From Pseudomonas aeruginosa PAO1 (GTDB lineage: Bacteria; Pseudomonadota; Gammaproteobacteria; Pseudomonadales; Pseudomonadaceae): 64,000 nucleotides of DNA. Position numbers and translations under genes: made by a program. Shown piece after piece: positions 9,081 to 23,309 of this stretch; position 1 is the first letter of the stretch; each line of letters begins with the position of its first letter. The notes below the pieces were generated by a model. That model worked only from the letters and a program-made list of their open reading frames with translations. It had not been told where the DNA came from and did not search any database. The stretch lies in NCBI RefSeq assembly GCF_000006765.1, contig NC_002516.2, one strand, 5' to 3'.

Positions 9081-9962
9081 ATGGCGCGTGCGATCTGGAA
9101 AGGCGCGATCAGCTTCGGCCTGGTGCATATACCGGTGAGCCTGTCGGCGGCGACCTCGTCGCAGGGCATCGATTTCGACTGGCTCGACCAGCGCAGCATG
9201 GAGCCGGTCGGCTACAAGCGGGTGAACAAGGTCACCGGCAAGGAGATCGAGCGCGAGAACATCGTCAAGGGCGTGGAGTACGAAAAGGGCCGCTACGTGG
9301 TGCTGAGCGAGGAAGAAATCCGCGCGGCGCATCCCAAGTCGACCCAGACCATCGAGATCTTCGCTTTCGTCGATAGCCAGGAAATTCCCCTGCAGCACTT
9401 CGATACCCCGTACTACCTGGTCCCCGACCGGCGCGGAGGCAAGGTCTACGCGCTGCTCCGGGAGACCCTGGAGCGCACCGGCAAGGTCGCCCTGGCCAAC
9501 GTCGTCCTGCACACCCGCCAGCACCTGGCGCTCCTGCGGCCTCTGCAGGACGCCCTGGTGCTGATCACCCTGCGCTGGCCGTCGCAGGTGCGCAGCCTGG
9601 ATGGCCTGGAGCTGGACGAAAGCGTCACCGAGGCGAAACTCGACAAGCGCGAGCTGGAGATGGCCAAGCGCCTGGTGGAGGACATGGCTTCCCACTGGGA
9701 GCCGGACGAATACAAGGACAGCTTCAGCGACAAGATCATGAAGCTGGTCGAGGAAAAGGCCGCCAAGGGCCAGCTGCACGCGGTGGAGGAAGAGGAGGAG
9801 GTGGCCGGCAAGGGCGCCGACATCATCGATCTCACCGACCTTCTCAAGCGCAGCCTGCGTTCCCGCGCCGGCGGCGGCAAGGACAAGGGCAGCGAAAAGG
9901 CCGGGGCCGACGCGAAGGGTCGCGCCAAGTCCGGTGCCTCGCGTTCGCGGCGCAAGGCCTGA
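9081..9962 (+). CDS. ku: Ku DNA end-binding protein (NHEJ)
   Basis: MARAIWKGAISFGLVHIPV, PYYLVPD, basic C-terminal tail. Confidence 0.95.
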   Translation: MARAIWKGAISFGLVHIPVSLSAATSSQGIDFDWLDQRSMEPVGYKRVNKVTGKEIERENIVKGVEYEKGRYVVLSEEEIRAAHPKSTQTIEIFAFVDSQEIPLQHFDTPYYLVPDRRGGKVYALLRETLERTGKVALANVVLHTRQHLALLRPLQDALVLITLRWPSQVRSLDGLELDESVTEAKLDKRELEMAKRLVEDMASHWEPDEYKDSFSDKIMKLVEEKAAKGQLHAVEEEEEVAGKGADIIDLTDLLKRSLRSRAGGGKDKGSEKAGADAKGRAKSGASRSRRKA

Positions 9963-9987
9963 GGCGAGCCGCTGGGTAAATCAACCT

Positions 9988-10015
9988 GAACCAATCGGTC
10001 GCCGGCGGGCTCGGA
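9988..10015 (+). promoter_or_regulatory. AlgU-like promoter for glgE-treS-glgB
   Basis: GAACCA-N17-TCGGA, 90 nt before the glgE ATG. Confidence 0.5.
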
Positions 10016-10105
10016 ATCAATGACCGTCCGCGCCGCCGGCCACTCGAGGCCGGCGGAAGCCTCGCGACCCATCGCCGAACCCACGTCCCGGAGGAGCGCG
10101 CCTCG

Positions 10106-12100
10106 ATGAGTTCGATTGTCCGCAACAGCGACGATGATCCGCTGGTCATCGCCATCCAGCAGCCCCGTATCGCCATCGAGTCGGTCAGCCCTGTGGTGGA
10201 AGAGGGTGCCTATCCCGCGAAGACCGAGAGCGACCGCGACCTGCGCCTGGCCGCGCGAATCTTCGCCGATGGCCATGAGGTACTCGGTGCCGAGGTGGTC
10301 TGGCGGCGTGTCGGGGAAACCGCGGAGCGGCGCCTGCCGCTGCTGCCCGAAGGCAACGATTTCTGGAGCGCGCAGTTGCGCACGCCGCCCTGCGGCCGCC
10401 TGTACTTCCGTATCGAGGCCTGGATCGACCGTTTTGCCGGCTACCGCCGCGAATTGCGTGCCAAGCATGGCGCACGCCTGCCGCTGGACCTGGAGCTGCG
10501 CGAGGGCGACGAACTGCTGCAGCGCTGCGCCGAGCGCGGCGGTCCGGAGATCGCCGCCGCCTGTGCGCCGCTGGCCGAACGCCTGCAGGCCTGCCAGAGC
10601 GTCGAGGAGCGGGTGGCGCTGTGGCTGGCGGCGCAGACCGGCGAACTGTTGCGTCTGGTCGGCCCGCGCGAGCACCTGGTGCGCAGCCGCGAATACCCGG
10701 TGGAGGTGGAGCGACCGCTGGCGCGCTTCGCCAGTTGGTACGAGCTGTTCCCTCGCTCGGAAAGCGGCGACCCGACACGCCACGGTACCTTCGACGACGT
10801 GATCCGGCGCCTGCCGCAGATCGCCGCGATGGGCTTCGACGTTCTCTATTTCCCGCCGATCCACCCCATCGGCCGCACCCATCGCAAGGGCCGCAACAAT
10901 TCCTTGCGTGCCGAGGCCGGCGACCCCGGCAGCCCGTATGCGATCGGCAGCGAGGAGGGCGGCCACGAGGCGATCCATCCCGAACTGGGCGACCGCGAGG
11001 ATTTCCGCCGGCTGCTCGTTGCGGTGCGCGAGCACGGCATGGAACTGGCGCTGGACTTCGCCATCCAGTGCTCCCCCGACCACCCCTGGCTGCGCGAGCA
11101 TCCCGGCTGGTTCGCCTGGCGTCCGGACGGTAGCTTGCGCTACGCGGAGAACCCGCCGAAGAAGTACGAGGACATCGTCAACGTCGACTTCTACGCCGAA
11201 CAGGCCCTGCCGAGCCTGTGGGAAGCCTTGCGCGACGTGGTGCTGGGCTGGGTCGAGCAGGGCGTGACGCTGTTTCGCGTCGACAACCCGCACACCAAGC
11301 CACTGCCGTTCTGGGAGTGGCTGATCGCCGAGGTGCGCGGCCGCCATCCGCAGGTGATCTTCCTTTCCGAGGCGTTCACCCGCCCGGCGATGATGGCGCG
11401 CCTGGGCAAGGTCGGCTTCAGCCAGAGCTACACCTATTTCACCTGGCGCAACGACAAGCAGGAACTGGCGGAGTACTTCGCCGAACTCAACCAGCCACCC
11501 TGGCGCGACTGCTACCGGCCGAACTTCTTCGTCAACACCCCGGACATCAATCCCTGGTTCCTGCAACGCTCCGGCCGCCCCGGCTTCCTCATCCGTGCCG
11601 CCCTGGCGACCATGGGGTCGGGGCTGTGGGGCATGTACTCCGGCTTCGAGCTGTGCGAGGCGGCGGCCTTGCCGGGCAAGGAGGAGTACCTCGACTCGGA
11701 GAAATACCAGTTGCGTCCGCGCGACTACCAGGCGCCGGGCAACATCGTCGCCGAGATCGCCCGGCTCAACCGCATCCGCCGGGAAAACCCGGCATTGCAG
11801 ACGCACCTCGGGTTCCAGGCCTACAACGCCTGGAACGACCGCATCCTGTATTTCGGCAAGCGCACCGCGGACCTCGCCAACTTCGTCCTGGTGGCGGTCT
11901 GCCTGGACCCGCACGAAGCCCAGGAGGCGCATTTCGAACTGCCGCTGTGGGAGTTCGGCCTGCCCGACGACGCCAGCCTCCAGGGCGAGGACCTGATGAA
12001 CGGGCATCGCTGGGTCTGGCACGGCAAGGTCCAGTGGATGCGCATCGAACCCTGGCACCTGCCGTTCGGCATCTGGCGCGTGCGGCGCGTCGACGCATAA
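10106..12100 (+). CDS. glgE: Alpha-1,4-glucan:maltose-1-phosphate maltosyltransferase
   Basis: WYELFPRS, ENPPKKYEDI, FRVDNPHTKP, SEAFT, NTPDI. Confidence 0.95.
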   Translation: MSSIVRNSDDDPLVIAIQQPRIAIESVSPVVEEGAYPAKTESDRDLRLAARIFADGHEVLGAEVVWRRVGETAERRLPLLPEGNDFWSAQLRTPPCGRLYFRIEAWIDRFAGYRRELRAKHGARLPLDLELREGDELLQRCAERGGPEIAAACAPLAERLQACQSVEERVALWLAAQTGELLRLVGPREHLVRSREYPVEVERPLARFASWYELFPRSESGDPTRHGTFDDVIRRLPQIAAMGFDVLYFPPIHPIGRTHRKGRNNSLRAEAGDPGSPYAIGSEEGGHEAIHPELGDREDFRRLLVAVREHGMELALDFAIQCSPDHPWLREHPGWFAWRPDGSLRYAENPPKKYEDIVNVDFYAEQALPSLWEALRDVVLGWVEQGVTLFRVDNPHTKPLPFWEWLIAEVRGRHPQVIFLSEAFTRPAMMARLGKVGFSQSYTYFTWRNDKQELAEYFAELNQPPWRDCYRPNFFVNTPDINPWFLQRSGRPGFLIRAALATMGSGLWGMYSGFELCEAAALPGKEEYLDSEKYQLRPRDYQAPGNIVAEIARLNRIRRENPALQTHLGFQAYNAWNDRILYFGKRTADLANFVLVAVCLDPHEAQEAHFELPLWEFGLPDDASLQGEDLMNGHRWVWHGKVQWMRIEPWHLPFGIWRVRRVDA

Positions 12101-12110
12101 GGAGAAACCC

Positions 12111-15409
<3,299 letters not shown>

Positions 15410-15413
<4 letters not shown>

Positions 15414-17608
15414 GCGAACCGATGTCCGAACGCGAACGCTGGCAACTGGAGCTGGACAAGCTGCAGCGCGGCCTGCAGGGCGATCCATTCGCCTTCCTCG
15501 GCCCGCAGCGCGACCCCGGCGGCGAAGGCGGCGTGCTGCGCGCCTACCTGCCCGGCGCGCAGCGCGTCGAGCTGCTCGACGAAGACGGCGCGACGCTCGC
15601 CGAACTGGAGCAGAGCGACCCCGGCAGCGGCTTGTTCCAGCGCCACCTGGAGCGCCTGCCACCGCGCTACCGCCTGCGCGTGCACTGGCCGGACGGCGTG
15701 CAGGAAAGCGAAGACCCCTATGCCTTCGGGCCGTTGCTCGGCGAACTCGACCTCTACCTGTTCGCCGAAGGCAACCACCGCCAACTGGCCTCCTGCCTGG
15801 GCGCGCAACTGACCCGTCACGAAGGCGTGGAGGGCGTGCGCTTCGCAGTCTGGGCGCCGAACGCCGTGCGCGTCTCGGTGGTCGGCGATTTCAACGGCTG
15901 GGACGGGCGCCGTCACCCGATGCGACGACGCTATCCATCCGGCGTCTGGGAACTGTTCGTCCCGCGCCTCGGCGAGGGCGAACTGTACAAGTACGAGTTG
16001 CAGGGCCACGACGGCCTCCTGCCGCTGAAGGCCGACCCCCTGGCGCTGGCCTGCGAGACGCCGCCCGGGACTGCTTCGAAGACCTGCGCGGCGTTGCGCC
16101 ACGAGTGGCGCGACCAGGACTGGCTGGCCCGGCGCGCGGAGCGCCAGGGCTATGCGGCACCGCTGTCGATCTACGAAGTCCACGCCGGCTCCTGGCGCCA
16201 CCGCGACGGCCGGCCGCCGCACTGGTCGGAACTGGCGGAGGAGCTGATTCCCTACGTGCGCCAGCTCGGCTTCACCCATATCGAGCTGATGCCGGTGATG
16301 GAACATCCCTTCGGCGGCTCCTGGGGCTACCAGCCGCTCGGGTTGTTCGCCCCCACCGCGCGCTACGGCACGCCGGAGGACTTCGCCGCGTTCGTCGACG
16401 CCTGCCACCAGGCCGGCATCGGCGTGATCCTCGACTGGGTGCCGGCGCATTTTCCCACCGACGCCCACGGCCTGGGCCGTTTCGACGGCACGGCGCTGTA
16501 CGAGTACGAACATCCCTTCGAAGGCTTCCACCAGGACTGGGATACCTACATCTACAACCTTGGCCGCAGCGAGGTGCACGGCTTCATGCTGGCCTCGGCG
16601 CTGCACTGGCTGCGCACCTACCACGTCGACGGCCTGCGGGTGGATGCGGTGGCCTCGATGCTCTATCGCGACTATTCGCGCAAGGAAGGCGAATGGCTGC
16701 CGAACCGCCATGGCGGCCGGGAGAACCTGGAGGCCATCGACTTCCTCCATCACCTCAACCAGGTGGTCGCCAGCGAAACCCCCGGCGCGCTGGTGATCGC
16801 CGAGGAATCCACCGCCTGGCCCGGCGTCAGCCGTCCGGTGGCGGAGGGCGGCCTGGGCTTCAGCCATAAGTGGAACATGGGCTGGATGCACGACAGCCTG
16901 GCGTACATCGGCGAAGACCCGCTGCACCGGCGCTATCACCACCACCAGTTGACCTTCGGCCTGCTCTACGCCTTCTCCGAGCATTTCATCCTGCCGATCT
17001 CCCACGACGAGGTGGTACATGGCAAGCACTCGCTACTGGACAAGATGCCCGGCGACCGCTGGCAGAAGTTCGCCAACCTGCGCCTGTACCTGAGCTTCAT
17101 GTGGTCGCACCCGGGCAAGAAGCTGCTGTTCATGGGATGCGAGTTCGGCCAGTGGCGCGAGTGGAACCACGACGGCGAACTGGACTGGTACCTGCTGCGC
17201 TATCCGGAGCATCAGGGCGTACAGGACCTGGTGGCGGCCCTCAACCGGCTGTACCGCGAACTCCCCGCACTGCATGCGCGCGACGGCGAGGCGCTCGGCT
17301 TCGAATGGCTGATCGGCGACGACCAGGCGAACAGTGTCTACGCCTGGCTGCGCCACGCGGCCGGCGAGCCATCGCTGCTGGCGGTACACAATTTCACCCC
17401 GGTGCCGCGCCAGGGCTATCGGATCGGCGTACCGCAAGGCGGCGACTGGGACGTGCTGCTCAATAGCGACGCCCAGGCGTTCGCCGGTTCCGGCGCAGGC
17501 AGCCAGGGCCGCGTCTCCAGCGAGTCGTGCGGCGCCCATGGCCAGGCGCAGTCGCTGGTGCTCGACCTGCCGCCGCTGGGCACGCTGCTGCTGCGTCCGG
17601 CCGGCTGA
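15410..17608 (+). CDS. glgB: 1,4-alpha-glucan branching enzyme
   Basis: [38 protein letters not shown]. Confidence 0.96.
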
Positions 17609-17609
17609 T

Positions 17610-18605
17610 TCAGGCCTGGCCCTGGCGCAGGCGGCGCTGTTTGCGGCGCAGGCGGATCGCCCGGCGCTCCAACAGCAGGTAGACCACGCAGGCCAGCGCC
17701 AGGGGTAGGAGGAAATACAGCACCCGGTAGCCGATCAACGCGGCCAGCAGCACGCCCTGGGACAGGCGTCCCTGGAGCAGGGCGATGAACACCGCTTCGA
17801 GCACCCCGAGCCCGGCCGGGATATGGGTGATGACCCCGGCGATGCTGCTGATCAGGAGGATCGCCAGGACGCTCGGGTAATCCACGCTGTGCGGCAGCAG
17901 GCTGTACAGCAGGAGCGCCATCAGCGACCAGTTGCTCGCTCCGAGCAGGCCTTGCAGGGCCGCCAGCCGCCAGGACGGCAGGGTCAGCCGATGCTCGCGC
18001 CAGCCCCAGGCGCGGCGTCGGGCGAAACGGCAGGCCAGCAGGTAGCCTGCGGCCAGCGCCAGGAGCAGGGCGCCGATCAGGCGTAGGCCGTCGCTGCCGA
18101 GCTTCCAGCCCGGCGGCAAGGCCGGCAGGCCGCAGCTGAACAGGATGCCGGCGAGCAGCAGGTAGCCGAACCAGTTGGTCACCAGGCTGAAGGTGAGGAT
18201 CCGGGTGATATCGGCGATGTCCAGGCCGAGCCGACTGTACAGGCGATAGCGCAGCGCCACGGCGCCGACCCAGGAACTCAGGTTGAGGTTGAACGCATTG
18301 CACACGAACGCCACGGTGAAGACCCGCCGCTTGGGCAGCGAGTGGCCGATGTAGTAGCGGCTGAGCAGGTCGAAGCTGCTGAACACCGTATAGCCGGCGG
18401 CCGCCAGCAGCAGCCCGAGGAACAGGGTCGCGGGGCGATACTCGCCGAGGGCGTGGCGGACTTCCTGCCAGTCGAGATTCTTCACCAGCAGGAACAGCAG
18501 CACCGGGACCAGCACGAAGAACGCCAGGGTCAGCAGCCTGCGCAGCCAGCGCCAGTGAGAGCGGCGCGGCGGCGTCGAGGTGGCTTCGTGACCGCTGCCG
18601 TTCAT
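17610..18605 (-). CDS. YbhN-like lysylphosphatidylglycerol synthase TM-domain protein
   Basis: Multi-pass hydrophobic ORF with RYRLYS and HIPAGLGVLEAVF motifs; coupled to the cls gene. Confidence 0.85.
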   Translation of the reverse strand: MNGSGHEATSTPPRRSHWRWLRRLLTLAFFVLVPVLLFLLVKNLDWQEVRHALGEYRPATLFLGLLLAAAGYTVFSSFDLLSRYYIGHSLPKRRVFTVAFVCNAFNLNLSSWVGAVALRYRLYSRLGLDIADITRILTFSLVTNWFGYLLLAGILFSCGLPALPPGWKLGSDGLRLIGALLLALAAGYLLACRFARRRAWGWREHRLTLPSWRLAALQGLLGASNWSLMALLLYSLLPHSVDYPSVLAILLISSIAGVITHIPAGLGVLEAVFIALLQGRLSQGVLLAALIGYRVLYFLLPLALACVVYLLLERRAIRLRRKQRRLRQGQA

Positions 18606-19807
18606 GGGTTGCCCCGCTGGCCCTGGCGTTCCTGCCAGCGCCGCGACGGACGCGGCTCCAGCGATTTCAGGCGCGGCAGATGGGCGGGTACCCAACCGGC
18701 GATAGCCGGAAAGTGCCTGGAAAAGTGGAAGCCGAGGAAGATCAGCGGCGCTCGCCACCAGTAGCCGCGCCTCGCGTGGCGGCGGCTGATGCGCCGGCAG
18801 TGGCGGCGCGCCAGCTCGCGCAGGTGCTGGTAGAGCTGGCCGTTGAAGGCGACGTCGCGGATCACCAGGTTGGCCTCCAGGTTCAGCGACAGGCTGAGGG
18901 GATCGAGATTGCTCGAGCCGATGGTCGACCAGTCGTCGTCGATCACCGCGACCTTGCCGTGCAGCGGACGCTGGCAGTATTCGTGGATACGCACGCCCTC
19001 GCGCAGCAGGTAGTCGTAGAGCAGCCGGCTGCACAGGCGCACCAGCGGCATGTCCGGCATGCCCTGTAGTACCAGGTCGACGCGCACGCCGCGGCGCGCC
19101 GCATCGCGCAGCTCGCGAAGCAGGCGGTAGCCGGGGAAGAAATAGGCGTTGGCGATCAGCAGGCGTCGCCGCGCCTGGCGGATCGCCTGCAGGTACTCGC
19201 GCTCGATGTCGTCGCTGGACTGGTCGTTGTCGCGGATCACCAGGCGCACCCGCGCCGGCTGCCCGGCGCCCGACGGCCGCAACGGCGGGTAGTCGGCGTC
19301 CGGTTCGAGCAGCGCCAGGCAGGCCTGGCGGATATCGCGCACCACCGGGCCCTCGACGCGCACCGCGTAGTCCTGCTTGGCCATGTTGCCGCGACGTACC
19401 AGGTGGTCCTCGCCGTAATTGATGCCACCGACGAAGGCCTGCCGGCGATCGATCACCACCAGCTTGCGGTGCAACCGGCGAAACAGGTTGGTGCGCATGC
19501 CGAGCAGGCGCGGGCGCGGGTCGAACAGGTGCACGCGAACCCCGGAGGCGGTCAGCCTGGCCAGGTAGTCCGGGCTGAGCGAGGCGGTGCCGTAGCCGTC
19601 CACGGTGACCTGCACCTCGACACCGCGCTCGGCGGCGGCGCTGAGGGCTTCCTGCAACTGCCGGCCGACCTCGTCCTCGAAGATGATGAAGGTTTCCAGG
19701 AGGATCTCCCGGCGCGCCTCGGCGATGCACTGGAACAGGCGCGGAAAGTACTCTTCGCCGTTGATCAGCAGTTCTACGCGGTTGCCGTCGCGCCAGGGGA
19801 AGTTCAT
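18602..19807 (-). CDS. clsB: Cardiolipin synthase B (YbhO-like), 401 aa
   Basis: Two HKD motifs ([16 protein letters not shown]); GNRVELL N-terminus. Confidence 0.92.
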   Translation of the reverse strand: MNFPWRDGNRVELLINGEEYFPRLFQCIAEARREILLETFIIFEDEVGRQLQEALSAAAERGVEVQVTVDGYGTASLSPDYLARLTASGVRVHLFDPRPRLLGMRTNLFRRLHRKLVVIDRRQAFVGGINYGEDHLVRRGNMAKQDYAVRVEGPVVRDIRQACLALLEPDADYPPLRPSGAGQPARVRLVIRDNDQSSDDIEREYLQAIRQARRRLLIANAYFFPGYRLLRELRDAARRGVRVDLVLQGMPDMPLVRLCSRLLYDYLLREGVRIHEYCQRPLHGKVAVIDDDWSTIGSSNLDPLSLSLNLEANLVIRDVAFNGQLYQHLRELARRHCRRISRRHARRGYWWRAPLIFLGFHFSRHFPAIAGWVPAHLPRLKSLEPRPSRRWQERQGQRGNP

Positions 19808-20541
19808 GGCTCCACCTCCACCGCCAGCGGCAGGTGGTCGGACAGGTGCGACCAGGGCCGCCGCGAGAGGATGCGCGGCTGGCGCCCGCGGGCATTGCGC
19901 AGGTAGATGCGGTCCAGCGGCAGCACCGGCCAGCGCGCCGGGAAGCTGCGCGCCGGCCGGCCCTGGGCGCCGACGAAGACTTCGCGCAGGCCGCAACCAG
20001 CGAGCAGGCGGTCGGCGCGCTGGCGCCAGTCGTTGAAGTCGCCGGCGACCACCACCGGCTCGCGCTCCGGCAGGCCCGCCACCAGCTCGCAGAGCAGTTG
20101 CAACTGGCGCTGGCGCTGCGCCTCGCGCAATCCCAGGTGCACGCAGACCGCGTGCAGCGGACGGCCGATGTCGATCACCGCATGCAACAGGCCGCGTTCC
20201 TCGTTGCCCGCCACCGAGACGTCGAGGTTGCGGTGGGCGAGGATCGGATGCTTGGAGAGCACGGCATTGCCATGGTGGCCTTCGGGATACACCGCGTTGC
20301 GCCCGTAGGCGAACTGCGGCCACATGCTGTCGGCCAGATACTCGTATTGCGGCGCCGGCGGCCAGGACGGCAGGCGCGCGGCGTGCAGGCTATGGGAGCC
20401 GAGGACCTCCTGGAGGAACACCAGGTCGGCACCGACGCTGCGCACCGCTTCGCGCAACTCCGGCAGGATGAAGCGCCGATTGAACGGGTTGAAACCCTTG
20501 TGGGTGTTCACCGTCAGCACCTGCAGGCGCGGCAGGATCAT
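19804..20541 (-). CDS. Endonuclease/exonuclease/phosphatase family protein (YbhP-like)
   Basis: [22 protein letters not shown]. Confidence 0.9.
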   Translation of the reverse strand: MILPRLQVLTVNTHKGFNPFNRRFILPELREAVRSVGADLVFLQEVLGSHSLHAARLPSWPPAPQYEYLADSMWPQFAYGRNAVYPEGHHGNAVLSKHPILAHRNLDVSVAGNEERGLLHAVIDIGRPLHAVCVHLGLREAQRQRQLQLLCELVAGLPEREPVVVAGDFNDWRQRADRLLAGCGLREVFVGAQGRPARSFPARWPVLPLDRIYLRNARGRQPRILSRRPWSHLSDHLPLAVEVEP

Positions 20542-21476
20542 GCGGCACTCTCCCGCAGGTCATCGGGCAACTGTCCGGGCACCGTGCGCAGGCCGCCGTC
20601 GAGTTCCAGCAGCTGCAGGAGGCGCCGGGCGTCGTAGGGTGCGCGCACCTTGACGTCGTTGTCGAAGTAGCAGTACAGGTCGCGCGCCGTCGCCTTCGCC
20701 GGTGCGTCCTGGCTGGCCCGGCGCAGGTCGTCGGCCTGGCCGCCGCCGGCCCAGGCGCGGATCCGTGCCTGCCACTGGCCCAGGGCCGCTTCCGAATAGC
20801 CGCTGCGGTACAGTTCCTTGTCGCCATGCAGGCGCAGGTAGAGGAAGTCGGCGCAGACGTCGCCGAGCAGCGGCCACTTGCCGGCGGTATCGGCCACCAC
20901 CAGGGCAACCCGGTATTCGCGCAGCAGCTCGATGAACGTCGGGTCGACGAAGCTCTCATGGCGGATTTCCACGGCATGCCGCAGGCGCTGCGCCGGATCG
21001 CCGTCGAGGTAGCCCTCGCGGTGCAGGCGCGCGGCGCTGTGCCGGGCGAGCTTCTGCGCGGCGGCGCCGTCGCGCGGCAGGCGGGCGAGGAAATCGGCGA
21101 ACAGCTCGCGGTCGAAGCGCATGCTCGGCGGGAACTGCCAGAGGAACGGGCCGAGGCGCTGGCGCAGGGCGAGGGGGCCGGAGGCGAAGAAGTTCGCCAG
21201 CGGCTCGTCGATCTCGCGCAGGCGCCGCACGTGGGTGATGTAACGCGGGGCCTTGACGCTGAAAACGAAGTCCTCGGGGGTGTCCTCGGCCCAGCCGCGG
21301 AAGCGCTCGGGCGTCTGCAGGGCGTAGAAGGTGCCGTTGATCTCGATGCTGTTCACCGCCCGCGAGGCGAAGCGCAGTTCGTCCTTCTGGCGCAGCCCCT
21401 CGGGATAGAAGTCACCTCTCCAGGGGGCGTAGCGCCAGCCGGAAATGCCGATGCGCAGGCGTGCCGGTGCGCTCAT
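20538..21476 (-). CDS. DUF72 family protein
   Basis: [39 protein letters not shown]. Confidence 0.9.
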   Translation of the reverse strand: MSAPARLRIGISGWRYAPWRGDFYPEGLRQKDELRFASRAVNSIEINGTFYALQTPERFRGWAEDTPEDFVFSVKAPRYITHVRRLREIDEPLANFFASGPLALRQRLGPFLWQFPPSMRFDRELFADFLARLPRDGAAAQKLARHSAARLHREGYLDGDPAQRLRHAVEIRHESFVDPTFIELLREYRVALVVADTAGKWPLLGDVCADFLYLRLHGDKELYRSGYSEAALGQWQARIRAWAGGGQADDLRRASQDAPAKATARDLYCYFDNDVKVRAPYDARRLLQLLELDGGLRTVPGQLPDDLRESAA

Positions 21477-21479
21477 GCA

Positions 21480-22727
21480 TCACCCCCGGGCGCCGCTTTC
21501 CGGCGTCGGCCGGCGCGCCAGTTCGTCCACCGCGCGTTCGTCGAGGCGTTCCTCGCTGCCCTCGACCTGGCGCTTCTGCGGCACCAGTTCGACCTTGATC
21601 CAGCCGGTCTCGCGGCGGTCGAAGGCTTCGAAGGCCTCGATGGCGTCGCCGATCGGCTTCACCTGGGTGAGGATCTTCGCCGGGTCGATGCGTCCGCTGA
21701 GCACATGTTCGAGCAGCAGCGGAATGTACTTGCGGTGGTGGCAGTTGCCCATGCGGATGGTCAGGTTGCGGTTCATCGCCAGGCCGATGGGAAACTGCCG
21801 CGAGTCTTCGGCGTAGACGCCGATGATCGACAGGGTGCCGGCCTTGGCCAGGCCCTGCACCGCCCACTCCAGGGCCTGTGCGGGGGCGTTGCCGGGACTC
21901 CAGCTGGTGCCCTCCTGGCGCGGCGCCGGGGTGGCGGTGCCATGGCTGTGCTCGGCGTCCACGCCGACGGCGTCGATGGCGCGGTCCACGCCGATCCCGG
22001 CGGTCAGCCAGCGCAGGGCCTGGACCGGATCCTCGCGCTCGAAGTCGATCACTTCGGCGCCTTGCTGGCGGGCCATGTGCAGGCGGTCCGGGTGGCGGTC
22101 GATGGCGAACACCCTGGCGGCGCCGAGGAGCAACGCGCTGGCGATGGCGAACTGGCCCACCGGACCGCAGCCGAACACGGCGACGGTGTTGCCGGGGGCG
22201 ATACCGGCCAGTTCGGCGCCGAAGTAACCGGTGGGGAAGATGTCCGACAGGAGTATCGCCTGGTCGTCGCTGATGCTGCTGGGCAGGCGGATCAGGCCGA
22301 TGTTGGCATAGGGAATCCGCGCTTTCTCGGCTTGCAGCCCATGGAAGCCGCCGTTGGCCCGGGGGCCGCCGAAGAACGCGGTGCCGGCCTGGCTGCCGCC
22401 GGGGTTGGCGACGTCGCACTGGGCGTAGTAGCCGGCTCGGCAATACACGCAATTGCCGCAGGCGATGGTCGAGGGAATCACCACCCGGTCGCCGACCTGC
22501 AGGTTGCGCACTTCGTCGCCGAGCGCCTCGACGATGCCCACGCCCTCATGGCCGAGGATGGTTCCCGGACGCATGCCGCCGACGCTGCCACGGACGAAGT
22601 GCAGGTCGGTGCCGCAGATCGCCGAGGCGGTCAGCCGCACGATGGCGTCGGTGGGCTCCTGCAGGCGCGGCTCCGCCACGTCTTCCAGGCGGATGTCGCC
22701 GATGTCATGGAATACCACGGCTTTCAT
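21480..22727 (-). CDS. Zn-dependent alcohol/aldehyde dehydrogenase (YbdR/FdhA-like), 415 aa
   Basis: ICGTDLH, GHE, CGNCVYC..C, LSDIFPTG, GCGPVG. Confidence 0.9.
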   Translation of the reverse strand: MKAVVFHDIGDIRLEDVAEPRLQEPTDAIVRLTASAICGTDLHFVRGSVGGMRPGTILGHEGVGIVEALGDEVRNLQVGDRVVIPSTIACGNCVYCRAGYYAQCDVANPGGSQAGTAFFGGPRANGGFHGLQAEKARIPYANIGLIRLPSSISDDQAILLSDIFPTGYFGAELAGIAPGNTVAVFGCGPVGQFAIASALLLGAARVFAIDRHPDRLHMARQQGAEVIDFEREDPVQALRWLTAGIGVDRAIDAVGVDAEHSHGTATPAPRQEGTSWSPGNAPAQALEWAVQGLAKAGTLSIIGVYAEDSRQFPIGLAMNRNLTIRMGNCHHRKYIPLLLEHVLSGRIDPAKILTQVKPIGDAIEAFEAFDRRETGWIKVELVPQKRQVEGSEERLDERAVDELARRPTPESGARG

Positions 22728-22793
22728 GGCGTTCTCCCGGTTGGGGCCCGGCCTCGGCCGGAATGGCAAAGGCGGGCCGGGTGGAAGAAAGGC

Positions 22794-23210
22794 TCAGTAG
22801 TGGGCCTGGGCGACGCCCTGCAGGACGGTGGCGCTGGAGGCCTGGTCGCGGCAGCTGGCGATGTTGCCCAGGGAAACCACGCCGACCAGCCGCTTCTCGC
22901 GGTTGAGCACCGGCAGGCGGCGCATCTGGATGTCGGCCATGTTGCGGGCCACGTGCTGGACGTCTTCGTCTTCGAAGCAATAGTGGATGTCGCCGCTCAT
23001 GATGCGGCCCAGCGGGGTATCCCCGGACAGGCCGCCGGCCACCGCGCGGATGGCGATGTCGCGATCGGTGATCATCCCGACCAGGCGGTCGCCTTCGCCG
23101 ACCAGCAGGGCGCCGCTGTCGATCCTCGCCATGGTGGCGGCCGCCTCGCGGATGCTCTGCTGCGGGTCGGCGACCTGGACGTTGCGGGTCATGATGTCGC
23201 TGATCTTCAT
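22794..23210 (-). CDS. Tandem CBS-domain protein
   Basis: MKISDIMT, LVGMITDRDI, RRLPV..LVGVVSLG. Confidence 0.9.
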   Translation of the reverse strand: MKISDIMTRNVQVADPQQSIREAAATMARIDSGALLVGEGDRLVGMITDRDIAIRAVAGGLSGDTPLGRIMSGDIHYCFEDEDVQHVARNMADIQMRRLPVLNREKRLVGVVSLGNIASCRDQASSATVLQGVAQAHY

Positions 23211-23264
23211 GCTGTCCTCCTGTGTAGGGTGGATGTGCGGGCGCCGCGTGCGGCACCTACAGGT

Positions 23265-23291
23265 TCCGACTGGAGGTGCCGGGGGCGGTTC
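23265..23291 (-). promoter_or_regulatory. AlgU-like promoter for the CBS-ADH-DUF72-ybhP-clsB-ybhN run
   Basis: GAACCG-N16-TCGGA, 54 nt before ATG 23210. Confidence 0.55.
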
Positions 23292-23309
23292 AGCTTTTTT
23301 CCCCGCCGT

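Noticed and set aside
9081-9962. Ku without LigD as an orphan or phage-type Ku
   Set aside because: In P. aeruginosa ligD lies a few genes upstream of the metallothionein, just outside this window (recalled).
17610-19895. 761-aa ORF that seems to fuse an unknown N-terminus to the YbhN-like protein
   Set aside because: The N-terminal part is an alternate frame over clsB; the real start is ATG 18605, coupled to the clsB stop.
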